Of a stretch of DNA of 56,046 bases, positions 17,514 through 27,832 are shown piece after piece. The notes under the pieces were generated by a model, which made no database searches, had not been told where the DNA came from, and saw only the letters and a program-made list of their open reading frames with translations. This DNA comes from a virus (taxonomy: Duplodnaviria > Caudoviricetes). The position numbers and the translations under genes were made by a program. The stretch covers positions 1 to 56,046 of the IMG/VR virus record IMGVR_UViG_3300032281_000106. One strand, given 5' to 3'. The first letter of the stretch is position 1. Each line of letters begins with the position of its first letter.

Positions 17514-19156
17514 GTGGAACCCCCTGCAACGCCACCAAGCATATTGCCATCGGCTTCACCAACGTGGGCAATGACCTGGCCCATCTGATAGTCACCGTTG
17601 ATGGTGTTTGAGGTGAATTTGAACCGCAGTTCGCGGCGTTCTTCTTTGAACCAAACCACCTGTTCGTAGGGGGTAGCTGGGTCAGCAAAGATTGTGCGCT
17701 CAGGTCCTTCGACTTCAAGCGCCTTGGCGTTGGCCCTTCCGGTCAGCTGGACCGTCATGTTTTCAGACTGTATAAAATCAGGCTCAATGGCTTCAACACG
17801 GATCCACTTGTTCTTTGAACCTCCAGAAGGAGTCAGCATGCTCATGTCAGCTGTCTCAAAGAAAGAAGGAACCGCCGTGATAAACTGGCCATCAATCTCG
17901 TTCACGTCATGCTCGTGCTGCCAGACCTTGTAGCCTTCCTCAGGGACCGTGACGCGCTGATCGTTGTTCTGTGTGATCCGAAGGTCTCCGGCTTCTGTGA
18001 TCCGGTTGTTTGACACAAAAGTAGACGTTTGTAGGCCGCACAGAAGTGGCGCAGCATACAAAGGAGACCATTCCCCAGCCGTCCGTCCACCATTAGGCAA
18101 CTCGGTGTCATACCAGGTATTCTCACGGAGATTGTAGATGATGGCGTGGGTGCATTCTGTTGCGTCACCGCGTGGATAGCACCACCAGATCTCGCCGTAC
18201 CTAGGAACCTTGTATGCCCAGACTTTTTGGGCGGCTGCCCTGTTCAGGCCATCATAGAAGTAGTTGATGTTCAGGTTGTTGGGGATCTCGCGAACCACGC
18301 CGTTGAACATCAGCATGCGGTCTGTTCCAAGCCAGTAGTAGATGCCGTCGTATTCGATGACAGAGGCAGCTGACAAGATGCTCGATTCTGGGCTAATCGT
18401 GTCAAACTGGAAGACTTCCGCGCCACCAACGAAGGAAGCACGGATAACAGCGTCTGCGCTCCAAAAGAGGCCCGCTGGCGCGTTTCCTGGACCACCCCTA
18501 AGGGCTAGTGCACGAACGATCTTTTGACCTGCTACGCGAGCATTTCCTGAACCAGCTCCCGTCAAGTCTGTTGGGGCTCCAGCCACTGACCATCCGACAA
18601 CGCCGTCATTGCCAAAGTACATCAGGTAGGGATGCAAAGAGACCACGCCGCCAGTTGCACTTACGCCAGCAGGAAATGTCGTTACTTCTGTCAGGGCGCT
18701 GGTTCCTGTCATAGGACCAATGAAGATCTGGCCGCCATCCGTGTTGCAAAGGCAGCCAGCATTGGGAGCCACTTGGGCAACGATCATGTTGGCAGCCGGA
18801 ATAGATTGCGTGTCATAGATCACGTCAAACTGCCAAAGGTTGTCTTCGCTGGCCATATACGTAATTGGCGTGCGGTCTGTGATCAGACTTGAGTTGCCGC
18901 TTTGGTCAATAGTAAAACGCTCAAGAAAGCTGGCACTTCCAGAGTGAAAGTAAGTCAGGCCATTCTCTGTGAACGTCTTGATACCACGACTGATTTCGGT
19001 CAAGTAGCGATTGATAACGGAGTAGCCTCCAACCTTACGTGGAAGGCCACGTTGCCAACGGACCCATTGGCCGTCGACATGGTAGTCGCCCTCGTACCTG
19101 GTGCCATCACGCTTGATGCCAGGCAGCGACTTAAGGACGATTGGAGTTGTTGCCAT
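17510..19156 (-). CDS. Tail nozzle / DNA stabilisation protein (P22 gp10 or tubular protein B-like)
   Basis: 548 aa, beta-rich, PGIKRDGT, YGEIWWCYP...AIIYNLRENTWY; position after adaptor. Confidence 0.65.
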   Translation of the reverse strand: MATTPIVLKSLPGIKRDGTRYEGDYHVDGQWVRWQRGLPRKVGGYSVINRYLTEISRGIKTFTENGLTYFHSGSASFLERFTIDQSGNSSLITDRTPITYMASEDNLWQFDVIYDTQSIPAANMIVAQVAPNAGCLCNTDGGQIFIGPMTGTSALTEVTTFPAGVSATGGVVSLHPYLMYFGNDGVVGWSVAGAPTDLTGAGSGNARVAGQKIVRALALRGGPGNAPAGLFWSADAVIRASFVGGAEVFQFDTISPESSILSAASVIEYDGIYYWLGTDRMLMFNGVVREIPNNLNINYFYDGLNRAAAQKVWAYKVPRYGEIWWCYPRGDATECTHAIIYNLRENTWYDTELPNGGRTAGEWSPLYAAPLLCGLQTSTFVSNNRITEAGDLRITQNNDQRVTVPEEGYKVWQHEHDVNEIDGQFITAVPSFFETADMSMLTPSGGSKNKWIRVEAIEPDFIQSENMTVQLTGRANAKALEVEGPERTIFADPATPYEQVVWFKEERRELRFKFTSNTINGDYQMGQVIAHVGEADGNMLGGVAGGST

Positions 19157-20346
19157 TAGTAGGTTCCGCCCTGGATTGGATCAAGACCCAAAGAAACTTG
19201 AGCTGCTGCTTGGGAGGCAGCAGTAAACACAGCAATACCAGTTGAAGTACCTCCTAGGTTGATCAGGGCATTTCCTGCCGTAGTGGCTCCTGTACCGCCA
19301 TCAGAGACGCTGATAGGAACCGCTACGCCTCCAGTATCCGCAGCAACCACGTTGGTGCCATCAGAATACAAGATGGCTCTTGAGCCCTGGTTGATTGTGT
19401 AACCAGCGGCAATTGATGTCTTGACGGTTAGCGTGTAGGGGCCGGTTGTGTTGTTAGCCGCCCAGTATTGCTGCACAGTTTGCGGAACAATGACTGTACG
19501 GTTGCCCGTCAAGACGCCTGTGAAGTTGTAGGCGATCCTGTTTAATTCGCTGCCTGACAAGGTGTAGTTGCCTGTTCCTGCCACGCTGATTGATGTGTAG
19601 TCAAACGCAAAGACAGGCGATTGGCCGTACCCTAGGGTGTAGAAGTTAAGACCATCCGTGAAGATGATGGCAGAATCGCCAGGCTGGAAGGTGAGGGTAG
19701 AGGACCCGTTGATTGTCTGGGTTCCGGGAGGATCAATTAACAGTGCTCCAGTGCCCTCATTGCGAAGCTGGAAGAACCAATTGTTTCCAAGGGTGCCGGC
19801 AGTGGCCATGGTAAGGGTACCAGCGCCTCCATTCCAGATGAATGTCTTGGCCCGGTCATCTACACCCGCCGTATAGTTACTTCCAAAGAACGTGACCGGC
19901 ATGGCCAAGGACAAAAGGGAGCCAATGGCAATCAGTCCAGTGCCAGCTAAAGAAGCTGCGTTTGCCGTTGAGACAGCCGCTCCAAACTGGAATGCAAGCC
20001 AGGTGCCGCCAGCTGTTGTGTTGTTGGTTAGGTAGAGTTGCCACACCTGCCCAGCAGTAGGAGCTGCAATCTGAGTGCCGCTGTTGTTTTTGATGATGAA
20101 TGAATTAGCGCCAACGTTATTGAAAAGGATAGCTTGGCCTGTAGATACTTCCAAAGCGCTGGGCAAAGTCAGGCTAAAAGGACCTGCAGACGCCGTTACG
20201 TCCATGATGCCGGCAATTAAGTTAGTCGATGGCGCCGTCTCAAGGGCCCAGTCATACGTAGTATTAGCGGTCAAAGAAACAGCGGCGTAGCTGATCTCTG
20301 CGGGAGAGATATTGCTGCCGCCAAAGATATTGGTGTAGGTGGTCAT
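19156..20346 (-). CDS. Tail-associated structural protein / fibre base
   Basis: 396 aa T/G/A-rich, GGTGATTA motif, ends IQGGTY. Confidence 0.6.
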   Translation of the reverse strand: MTTYTNIFGGSNISPAEISYAAVSLTANTTYDWALETAPSTNLIAGIMDVTASAGPFSLTLPSALEVSTGQAILFNNVGANSFIIKNNSGTQIAAPTAGQVWQLYLTNNTTAGGTWLAFQFGAAVSTANAASLAGTGLIAIGSLLSLAMPVTFFGSNYTAGVDDRAKTFIWNGGAGTLTMATAGTLGNNWFFQLRNEGTGALLIDPPGTQTINGSSTLTFQPGDSAIIFTDGLNFYTLGYGQSPVFAFDYTSISVAGTGNYTLSGSELNRIAYNFTGVLTGNRTVIVPQTVQQYWAANNTTGPYTLTVKTSIAAGYTINQGSRAILYSDGTNVVAADTGGVAVPISVSDGGTGATTAGNALINLGGTSTGIAVFTAASQAAAQVSLGLDPIQGGTY

Positions 20347-20347
20347 G

Positions 20348-21001
20348 TTAGGCCTCGTTTCTCACGGCACCGCGGTCTAAGATCTTGCTCATGTCTTCGC
20401 CTTGCAGCGCTTGCGCAGCTGATTGGTACATGGCTTGCCAGACAGGGATTCGTTCGTCGTTTTTCAAGAATGGAGTTGCTTCCAACAGGGTTGCATACAG
20501 CAGCAAGTTAGGAGCATACTGAGTGAGCCAGTTGGTCTGGGTGTTTTCATCTAACAAGACTGGCAACTCATAGTACAAGATCTCAATTGGGTAGGCAGAA
20601 TCTGGTGTTGGTGCGATAATCCAATTGGTGTAATTGTAGTCGCCATAAAACACAGGCTCTTCTGTCAAGGTATCATTGGGCCAGTAGCTTCTGATGTACT
20701 CGTAGGCTCTTGAGAATAGCTGGACGCGGGTATTATTGCCGGTACTGGTTCCGATGTTCATCGAGATGGTCTCGCGCCAGCGGTCTGGTTTAGCAAGGAC
20801 CGCAACGCCAGCCTGCAAATTAGTCACGACGACAGTCTGGAAGCCTTGAATCTTCAGGTCGCGGCTTATGCGGCGTTCTGCAAAGTTGATCAGGCTTGGA
20901 ATTTGAGCATAGACCAATGGGTCCGTGACGACAGATGCCCCACGTTCCAAGTAGCTGCGGACGTCGTTTTGCAGCGACGCAAAGGTCATTGCTTGTGGCA
21001 T
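20348..21001 (-). CDS. Head-tail adaptor / tubular protein A-like
   Basis: 217 aa; FAERRISRDL, APTPDSAYPIEILYY, NWLT.YAP.LLLYATLLEA.PFLKND. Confidence 0.7.
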   Translation of the reverse strand: MPQAMTFASLQNDVRSYLERGASVVTDPLVYAQIPSLINFAERRISRDLKIQGFQTVVVTNLQAGVAVLAKPDRWRETISMNIGTSTGNNTRVQLFSRAYEYIRSYWPNDTLTEEPVFYGDYNYTNWIIAPTPDSAYPIEILYYELPVLLDENTQTNWLTQYAPNLLLYATLLEATPFLKNDERIPVWQAMYQSAAQALQGEDMSKILDRGAVRNEA

Positions 21002-21339
21002 TACACGTTCCTCTCGAAGTGAGGGCAGTCTACCAGGCTCTTAAAGTTTCCGCCCCAACGATTCTTGGGGTATAGGCTTTCCCAGTAGGCGCCCAAGGGA
21101 GCAAGGATTGCCTTGTCCCAGATGATGTTGCCATCCTTGAAGAAGTTCAGGTCGATTGCGCAGCGCTTCAGATGAATTGAATTCATGGTCTTGCTGCGGC
21201 CTGTCTTAACGTAGATGGCTTGTTGTTCGGGTGTCCGCTGCAGTTCGCCGCCGGTCACCATGAAACCTTGTTCTGTAGCGTATTGGATCAGCTTGCAAGC
21301 ATCTAGCAAGAATGCTGCTTGTTCTTGGCTCAGGCTCAT
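21001..21339 (-). CDS. Endolysin, M15 family peptidase
   Basis: RT..QQ, SIHLKRCAIDL (SxHxxxxAxD), WGGNF...DCPHFE. Confidence 0.88.
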   Translation of the reverse strand: MSLSQEQAAFLLDACKLIQYATEQGFMVTGGELQRTPEQQAIYVKTGRSKTMNSIHLKRCAIDLNFFKDGNIIWDKAILAPLGAYWESLYPKNRWGGNFKSLVDCPHFERNV

Positions 21340-21854
21340 TCTTTGCCTCCCTTACGCATTTCCATGACCTTCTCAACGGTACGTCCGCCAAAATAAGCGG
21401 TCATCACTAACATGCCCCACTGGCCCAGCAGCGAGACGTATGATTCGCTGATCTTGTATCCTGCACCATCAAGTAAGGCAAAGATGAGGTAAGCCGTCAG
21501 CAAGTAGACCAATGTTCCAGGGCGAACGTTCTTTGACAACCAAGAATCGGAAGCCATGTCAGCTTGCCAACGTTTTGATACATTGTCTTCTTGATTGGCT
21601 TGGGCTGCCAACAAGACTTTCAATTCTTCTTGTTCAATTCTCGCTTTTTCAATGCCAAGTTCCAGCAAGCGCTCTTCGTGGTCATACTGCAGCTGGCGAA
21701 GCTTAGACACTTCTTCAGGGCTTGGATTGTCGCTGATCTTCACGCCAAGCGCATTCTCAACAACTTCTTTGCCTTTTGCTTGGATTGCAGATGACAAAAG
21801 GCCCAGACCATTCTGAGCCAGGGTGCCTAATAGGGATGCAACGATTGGGATCAT
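21336..21854 (-). CDS. Holin (3TM/GTA-type)
   Basis: WQADM.SDSWLSKNVRP + two hydrophobic segments + YFGGRT.EK; adjacent to endolysin. Confidence 0.75.
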   Translation of the reverse strand: MIPIVASLLGTLAQNGLGLLSSAIQAKGKEVVENALGVKISDNPSPEEVSKLRQLQYDHEERLLELGIEKARIEQEELKVLLAAQANQEDNVSKRWQADMASDSWLSKNVRPGTLVYLLTAYLIFALLDGAGYKISESYVSLLGQWGMLVMTAYFGGRTVEKVMEMRKGGKE

Positions 21855-22123
21855 TTTTTCACCATCTTTTCACGTTCTTCAAGGAGTCTAACCTTGACTT
21901 GCAATTCGTTGATGTGATTCATCAACTGCTCTTTCATAATGGCCCTTCTATCCGCAGAAATTGGACTGTCGGTAGGAATGCCTTCTTTAGTGATAAGAGC
22001 CGGCATTGCGCCTTCAATCCTGGTCAGACGTGTAGAGAAGTCATTTACCTGGCCCAGCAGCCAAGCCAGTGAAGCCACAATGATGGGAATAACGGCTTTG
22101 AGTACGTCTGCCCAATTCATCAC
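21851..22123 (-). CDS. Small membrane/coiled-coil protein, lysis region
   Basis: N-terminal TM (VIPIIVASLAWLLG), C-terminal heptads. Confidence 0.6.
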   Translation of the reverse strand: MMNWADVLKAVIPIIVASLAWLLGQVNDFSTRLTRIEGAMPALITKEGIPTDSPISADRRAIMKEQLMNHINELQVKVRLLEEREKMVKK

Positions 22124-22332
22124 TTAGCTCCTTGAAACCAATGGATAATGTAGCCGCTAACAGTAGAGATCGCAGACACGATCATCATGCCAGCCCAAAA
22201 GCCGCCACGTCCCTTGTTTGCAAGGGCTAAAAGTTCTTCCATTCCTGCTTCAAGTTTGTCAACCTTCTTATCAAGGTCTTGAACTTTCTGCAGGAGTGAA
22301 CCGTACTCTACTAAATCAATGTCTGCGCTCAT
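22120..22332 (-). CDS. Small coiled-coil + C-terminal TM protein, lysis region
   Basis: VQDLDKKVDKLE then GGFWAGMMIVSAISTVSGYII. Confidence 0.65.
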   Translation of the reverse strand: MSADIDLVEYGSLLQKVQDLDKKVDKLEAGMEELLALANKGRGGFWAGMMIVSAISTVSGYIIHWFQGAK

Positions 22333-22334
22333 AC

Positions 22335-22496
22335 TTATTCCGCTGCTGGTGCCTCAGGCTTTGGCTCCATTTGGGCATCTGCCTGCTGCTTGATTTTCAT
22401 GACCAACGGGAAAGCGCCGGTCTTAGTGGGCAAATCGCCCATGACCTGCAAAATCGCGTTGACTTCGTCAACTGTCAGTTTTAATGTCAGTTCCAT
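22335..22496 (-). CDS. Hypothetical 53-aa protein (not in ORF track)
   Basis: MELTLKLTVDEVNAILQVMGDLPTKTGAFPLVMKIKQQADAQ...; GGAG RBS. Confidence 0.7.
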   Translation of the reverse strand: MELTLKLTVDEVNAILQVMGDLPTKTGAFPLVMKIKQQADAQMEPKPEAPAAE

Positions 22497-22549
22497 TTTT
22501 TTCTCCAAAAGTTGCCATCAAAATGGGGTGATGGCTTCCCCTTAAAACA

Positions 22550-22774
22550 TTATGCCGAAGCCGCTTGCAGGGGTGCAAGGTTTTCGGTCGTCCAAAAGTC
22601 TTTTGCGAGCATAATTTTCAGATGCTCTTTGTTACGAGCAACGCAGTCAGCCCACTCAGCATCTTCCATACGCTCTGGCTTTGCGCCATTGATGAGGTTT
22701 ACTGAGTCCATTGCGGCGCTGTAATGCTTGGCAATTTGTTCAGCGGTGGGTTTTTCTTGAACGATTTCAGTCAT
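22550..22774 (-). CDS. Hypothetical protein, fibre-associated
   Basis: 74 aa, follows fibre genes. Confidence 0.65.
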   Translation of the reverse strand: MTEIVQEKPTAEQIAKHYSAAMDSVNLINGAKPERMEDAEWADCVARNKEHLKIMLAKDFWTTENLAPLQAASA

Positions 22775-22775
22775 T

Positions 22776-23111
22776 TCAGTTGCTCCAAGGTAAAGGTGGG
22801 GTTACGACAGTTGGGGTTTTCTGAGCGTCAATTAACGCCTGAAGGTTGGCTTCAATTTCAGGGCGGTCGATGCTTGGGTTAATCCAGCCCCAGACCTGCT
22901 CTTGCGTGAGTTGGTCGTAGGGTGTGAACGGTGTTCCTGCGGTGTAGGTAACGGGCACAGAGCCTGCTGAAGTTGCTGAATATGTTGTCAGTAAATCCAC
23001 GCTTTGTTCTTGGGCCTGACATTGCCAGTTCACTTGAAATACGACATCAGTCTGCCCATCTTCTTGTGGGTAAGACGGCATTGAAATAATTAACCAATTA
23101 AAAGTTGTCAT
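22776..23111 (-). CDS. Putative tail-fibre assembly/chaperone protein
   Basis: Start MTTFNW with GGAG RBS; FTPYDQLTQEQVWGW...PPLPW; directly after the fibre. Confidence 0.6.
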   Translation of the reverse strand: MTTFNWLIISMPSYPQEDGQTDVVFQVNWQCQAQEQSVDLLTTYSATSAGSVPVTYTAGTPFTPYDQLTQEQVWGWINPSIDRPEIEANLQALIDAQKTPTVVTPPLPWSN

Positions 23112-23123
23112 TTTTATCTCCAA

Positions 23124-25685
23124 TTAACCTGCGGCCATGATGTTCCAATATGTACCATCACAAAATAAGGTTGCCCAAGAACCAGCGGTGGCTGGCAAAA
23201 TACTTGTTGTAACAGAGCCGCTTGCTAACGAGGTTACGTTTGAGGACGCAGACACTACGGCAAAACCGCTTTGCGTTTTTACTGACAAAAATCTACCAGC
23301 ATTAGATGCGGGTGTTGGCAAAGTTATTGTTGCCGTTGAAGACAAGCTGTAAAAAACCAAACAGACCGCAGACGACCCAATTGTTGCATTTCCAGTATAG
23401 GCATCTAACTGCCCCTGTTTTACAGCGCCAGCAGATTTCCAATTGCCAGTGCTGTCTGCATACAGCCGTGGATTCCCATCCCCGTCAGACAGCACGATGT
23501 AGTTGCTTGCTGTGCGAATGTCTAGGCTACCTTGGTTGCCTGAGTAAGCACCTAAAATACTGTTTTTAGAGCCTGTAGTGATAAGGTAACCTGAACCATT
23601 ACCAATAGCTACGTTTGATGCTCCGTTTGTTAGGTCACGTAATGCGTAAGAGCCAAGGGCGGTGTTAAAAGAGGCGGCAGTGGCTGTTCGCAACGCACCC
23701 CCACCAACAGCCGTATTATCGTTTACTGTGGTTAAAGATGTCCCTGCTTGATACCCAACATAAACTCCGTTTGCACCAGTAGTATTTGCATACCCCGCCT
23801 GATAACCAACCGCAGTATTGTTTGATGCTGTGGAATTGGCGTTAAGTGCTTCGTTGCCAAGGGCTACGTTGTAACTACCTGAACTGTTACTGGTAAGCGC
23901 ATTTACACCTATTGCATTGTTGAATCCGCCAGATGTCAGACTAGACATTGAAGCCTGTCCAACTGCCGTGTTCTTAGTGCCAGTAATTGCACTTACCCCC
24001 ATAGAATAGTCGCCCACCGCAGTGTTGAACGAACCAGATGTGTGTCCGTATCCAGAGTATGAGCCAAGGAAGGTGTTGTAATCTCCTGTGCTAAGACGAC
24101 CAGCAGACCAACCTAATGCCGTTAAGCGAGTTCCAGTCGTATTACTATACCCTGCTTGGTAACCCACAGCAGTGTTTTGTGATGATGTGGTGTTGGAGAA
24201 CATGGCTTCTTTACCAACAGCAACGTTGTTGCCACCAGTCGTTGTATACACTAACGCATCATGGCCAATACCAACGTTATTACTTGCAGTTGTATTGTTG
24301 CGAAGGGCGTTGACACCAACAGCAACGTTAAATGTTCCTGAGGAATTTGAATAACCTGCGCCATAACCTACAGCCGTGTTGTAGTTTCCATTGTTTGAAT
24401 AAAGAGCCTGCCAGCCAATCGCAGTGCTACCTATTGCTGTGGTGTTGGAGCCAAGCGCACTAATACCAACGGTTGTGTTGTAACTACCAGTCGTATTGGA
24501 TTGCATTGTGGAAACTGTTACGCCCCATTCTGCTCCACCAACCGCCACGTTTTGTGTGCCTGTGGTGTTACCAACAAGTACTCCAGCACCAACGGCAGTA
24601 TTGTTAGACGCTGTACTAGTATTAAGAGCATTTTTACCAACCGCTGTACTTGATATTCCAGTTGAATTTTGATACAGAGCCGCACCACCAATAGCGGTGT
24701 TGTTGTAGCCTGTGGTGTTGCTGTATCCTGCGGTGTAACCTACAGCAGTATTGTCAGATGCTGTGGTGTTTGAACGTAGTGCTTGGCGACCCACTGCTGT
24801 ATTGTTACTACCAGTGGTGTTTAGTGTTAGTGAGCCTTGACCAACTGCGGAATTCTCAGACCCAGTTGTATTAACTTGTAAAGCACCATCACCAACACCT
24901 GTGTTTAACTGACCAGTGGTATTTAGGTTTAAGGCACTCCAACCAACTGCGGTGTTGTAGTCGCCATTGTTAGTATAGCCAGCCTGATAACCTACAAATG
25001 TTCCACGAGAACCTGTAGTGTTTGTAAATCCCGCATTAGTACCAAAAGCCGTATTATTTGAGCCAGTCGTATTAGCCGCCAAAGCACTAACACCCACCGT
25101 AGTATTGGTAGCCACAGCACCACCACCACGACCTACTGTGAGGCCATAAACAGTCAGGTCAGTGCCGCTGTACAGCAAGTTGGCAGATGATGTTTCTAAG
25201 CCGCCTGTGGAAGTGTAAACCACGCGACCGGTAGTCAGGCTACTATTTGTGATAGAAGTGGAAGCAGTTAAAGTGGTAAATGAACCCGCCAAAGGAGTTG
25301 ATGTTCCGATAATGACGTTGTTAATCTGATTGCCGCCACCAGCAATTGTTCCACCAAGAGTAAATGCTCCAATAGTGTTAGCGGTCAACGTAGTGCCGTT
25401 AAATGTCAAGTTAGCAGAACCAACAAGCAACTTTGAAGCATTCAAGTATTGAACTTGATTGGCCGTGCCGTAGGACAGCGTTGTCGACGTGGTGACAGTC
25501 AGCTGGTCAATTGTAGATGACGTGGAATTTGTGCCAAGCTCAACGACGTTGCCGCCGCTGTCTTTTGTGTAGATGCGCTTGGTAGCAGTGTTGACAGCAA
25601 TCTCAGTGCCGCCAGCTGCGTTGGTTAGGTCACCAGGTGCAGGAGCCCCTGCTGTGTCCTTTTTCTTGATCAGGATAGTGGTCAT
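23124..25685 (-). CDS. Tail fibre / receptor-binding protein with N-T-A-V-G beta-roll repeats
   Basis: 853 aa; N-terminal ILIKK...GTEIAVNT..KRIY domain; dozens of ~14-aa N(T/V)A(V/I)G..AL..NTTG repeats. Confidence 0.8.
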   Translation of the reverse strand: MTTILIKKKDTAGAPAPGDLTNAAGGTEIAVNTATKRIYTKDSGGNVVELGTNSTSSTIDQLTVTTSTTLSYGTANQVQYLNASKLLVGSANLTFNGTTLTANTIGAFTLGGTIAGGGNQINNVIIGTSTPLAGSFTTLTASTSITNSSLTTGRVVYTSTGGLETSSANLLYSGTDLTVYGLTVGRGGGAVATNTTVGVSALAANTTGSNNTAFGTNAGFTNTTGSRGTFVGYQAGYTNNGDYNTAVGWSALNLNTTGQLNTGVGDGALQVNTTGSENSAVGQGSLTLNTTGSNNTAVGRQALRSNTTASDNTAVGYTAGYSNTTGYNNTAIGGAALYQNSTGISSTAVGKNALNTSTASNNTAVGAGVLVGNTTGTQNVAVGGAEWGVTVSTMQSNTTGSYNTTVGISALGSNTTAIGSTAIGWQALYSNNGNYNTAVGYGAGYSNSSGTFNVAVGVNALRNNTTASNNVGIGHDALVYTTTGGNNVAVGKEAMFSNTTSSQNTAVGYQAGYSNTTGTRLTALGWSAGRLSTGDYNTFLGSYSGYGHTSGSFNTAVGDYSMGVSAITGTKNTAVGQASMSSLTSGGFNNAIGVNALTSNSSGSYNVALGNEALNANSTASNNTAVGYQAGYANTTGANGVYVGYQAGTSLTTVNDNTAVGGGALRTATAASFNTALGSYALRDLTNGASNVAIGNGSGYLITTGSKNSILGAYSGNQGSLDIRTASNYIVLSDGDGNPRLYADSTGNWKSAGAVKQGQLDAYTGNATIGSSAVCLVFYSLSSTATITLPTPASNAGRFLSVKTQSGFAVVSASSNVTSLASGSVTTSILPATAGSWATLFCDGTYWNIMAAG

Positions 25686-27832
25686 GCGTAAGTTCCTCCG
25701 GGGATTGTGTCAGTCCAGGTGGGTGAACCGGTACCCCCTGATATTAAAAATTGGCCAGATGTTCCAGCGGCGCTGAAGCCATAAGCCGTCCCAGTACCGT
25801 AAGCCACTGCTCCAGATGTTGGAGTTGTCGTGGCATTTGTACCGCCGTTTGCAATTGGCAAGGTGCCTGTTACGCCAGTCGTCAATGGCAAGCCGGTGAC
25901 GTTGGTTAGCGTACCGCTTGATGGCGTACCAAGTGCTCCGTTAAAGAGCACAAAGGCGCCAGCTGATCCTGTGTTGACAGCCAAAGCAGTTGCAACTCCA
26001 GTACCCAAGCCGGTAATTGAACCAACAGCTGGGGTGACCGTAGTGTTGGCAGCCAAGGTCAACTGGCCTTGAGCGTTTACGCTAAACGTGCCGACTTGAG
26101 TTGCAGAACCATAGGACGCCGCAGTTACCGCCGTATTGGTGATGCTGAACTGCGTTCCTGTAAGAGTCAGTCCTGTACCTGCGGTGTAAGAACCTACACC
26201 AGCAAATTGAACCCAAGTGATGGGGGTTGTGCCTAAAGTGCCGCCTGCATTGGAAGTACAAACCCAACCGGTGTCGGCGTATACGGTTCCTTGCTCGATG
26301 AAGGTGAACGCCCCTGGAACTTCAGCCCATGTGTCCATATCAGTTGCACGAGTCCAAGCACCTGCCGCAACCAAATAAATTCCGTTGTTTTGACTCAATG
26401 TCTGATCTTTAACCAAACACCTGTCTCCAGCAATCAGTGCTACACCATCAATGGTTTGGGTTCCAGACAACGTAATGTTCGCCGTTGTTGCCGCCACACA
26501 AGATGCCTTGGGGTCTAACCCTTGAGCCACAGAATCCACATACTGCTTAGTTGCTAATTCCAGCGCCGATGTTGGGTCTTGCGTCACAGCAACAGAAGTC
26601 AAGCCGCCTAAAGTAAGGCTTGATGCACCTAGGGCAATTGCTGTAGTGCCCACCGTGACCGAGCTATTTGTCAACGAGGCATTTGCAATATTAGTCAGCG
26701 TGTTGCTGCTGCCGCTAATGGTCTTATTGGTCAGCGTCTGGGTTCCGGTCAGAGTTGCAACAGTTGAGTCAATTGCAATGGTCACGGCTGTTGAGCCGTT
26801 GTAACTGGTACCAGTCAAGCCGGTTCCAATAGTCAAGGCTGCCGTAGCCGTCGCAGTGATCGTACCGGAAGCCCCTAAGGCAACGTTAACACCATTGAAA
26901 GTGACGGATGAATTGCTTAGTGCAGCGTTAGGGATGCTGCTGAAAGTATTCGTTGCCCCGCTCATTGACTTGCCTGTCAGCAAGCTTGGAATGTCGTCAT
27001 TCACAAGTAAACGGAAGGACGTTGTGGCCGGAGCCCCAGACGTTGGGCCGGCGTACACGTAATTGGCTGGCTGGGCAGACACAACCAGGGCAGAGCCCCA
27101 GGAAGGAGCAGCGGCTCCACCTGAGACCAAAACTTGGCCGTTAGATCCCTGGACGGTCTGCAAGAAGCCGTTGCTGCCATCGTTGTACCAGACAGCTCCG
27201 GCAGTCAAGGTGTTAACCTGCATGCCTGTTCCGCCGCGTGTCAATGGCAGCAGGCCTGTATATTCGGTCAGGTTTGCAAAGTTAAGGGCTGGGTGGACGT
27301 GGTCGCCGCGAGAAGAATTTGCAGCTGCTCCTGCCGAAGCTGTTCCAAGAGCTGCCGGGGCAGTAGCAGAAAAGTCAACGGCAAGCGTTCGATTGGCTTG
27401 TAAGTTACCGCCACCAGTCAAACCACTGCCTGCAATGATCTGGCGGGTGTCAGGAACATATCCGGAAATGACTAGGGCTGTCGTAGAGACACTTGTTACC
27501 AAGCCCTTAGTGTCTACAGTAACTACTGGAACTAACGTGCCTGAGCCATACGTACCAGCAGTCACGCCGCTGACGGCTAACTTGTCATTTGTTACGCCAC
27601 CGGTTGCAATGCTTAGGGTGCGGTCTTGCGAAAGATCTCCGCCGCCTTGCAAGCCGCCTCCCGTGTTAATCATGCGAGTAGCAGGTACAGAGACGGTCGA
27701 TTGCAGGTCAATGAAGGGAACCTGGTAAGTGATGCCACCGATCACGCAAATCATTGTTGCCGACGACGTCGGGTTTGGCGCAACGGGCAGCTGCGTGATT
27801 GACGTTGGTACAAGGTTTGATGGTACTGTCAT
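25682..27832 (-). CDS. Tail fibre protein
   Basis: 716 aa T/G/S-rich; ATKQYVD, KASCVAATT, LVKDQT..QNNGIY..AGAWTRATD; ends IPGGTYA. Confidence 0.8.
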   Translation of the reverse strand: MTVPSNLVPTSITQLPVAPNPTSSATMICVIGGITYQVPFIDLQSTVSVPATRMINTGGGLQGGGDLSQDRTLSIATGGVTNDKLAVSGVTAGTYGSGTLVPVVTVDTKGLVTSVSTTALVISGYVPDTRQIIAGSGLTGGGNLQANRTLAVDFSATAPAALGTASAGAAANSSRGDHVHPALNFANLTEYTGLLPLTRGGTGMQVNTLTAGAVWYNDGSNGFLQTVQGSNGQVLVSGGAAAPSWGSALVVSAQPANYVYAGPTSGAPATTSFRLLVNDDIPSLLTGKSMSGATNTFSSIPNAALSNSSVTFNGVNVALGASGTITATATAALTIGTGLTGTSYNGSTAVTIAIDSTVATLTGTQTLTNKTISGSSNTLTNIANASLTNSSVTVGTTAIALGASSLTLGGLTSVAVTQDPTSALELATKQYVDSVAQGLDPKASCVAATTANITLSGTQTIDGVALIAGDRCLVKDQTLSQNNGIYLVAAGAWTRATDMDTWAEVPGAFTFIEQGTVYADTGWVCTSNAGGTLGTTPITWVQFAGVGSYTAGTGLTLTGTQFSITNTAVTAASYGSATQVGTFSVNAQGQLTLAANTTVTPAVGSITGLGTGVATALAVNTGSAGAFVLFNGALGTPSSGTLTNVTGLPLTTGVTGTLPIANGGTNATTTPTSGAVAYGTGTAYGFSAAGTSGQFLISGGTGSPTWTDTIPGGTYA

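Noticed and set aside
23600-25130. Periodic DNA that could suggest a CRISPR array or DGR template/variable repeat
   Set aside because: Degenerate coding repeats within the fibre; no identical repeats with spacers, no reverse transcriptase, no adenine-specific repeat pair seen
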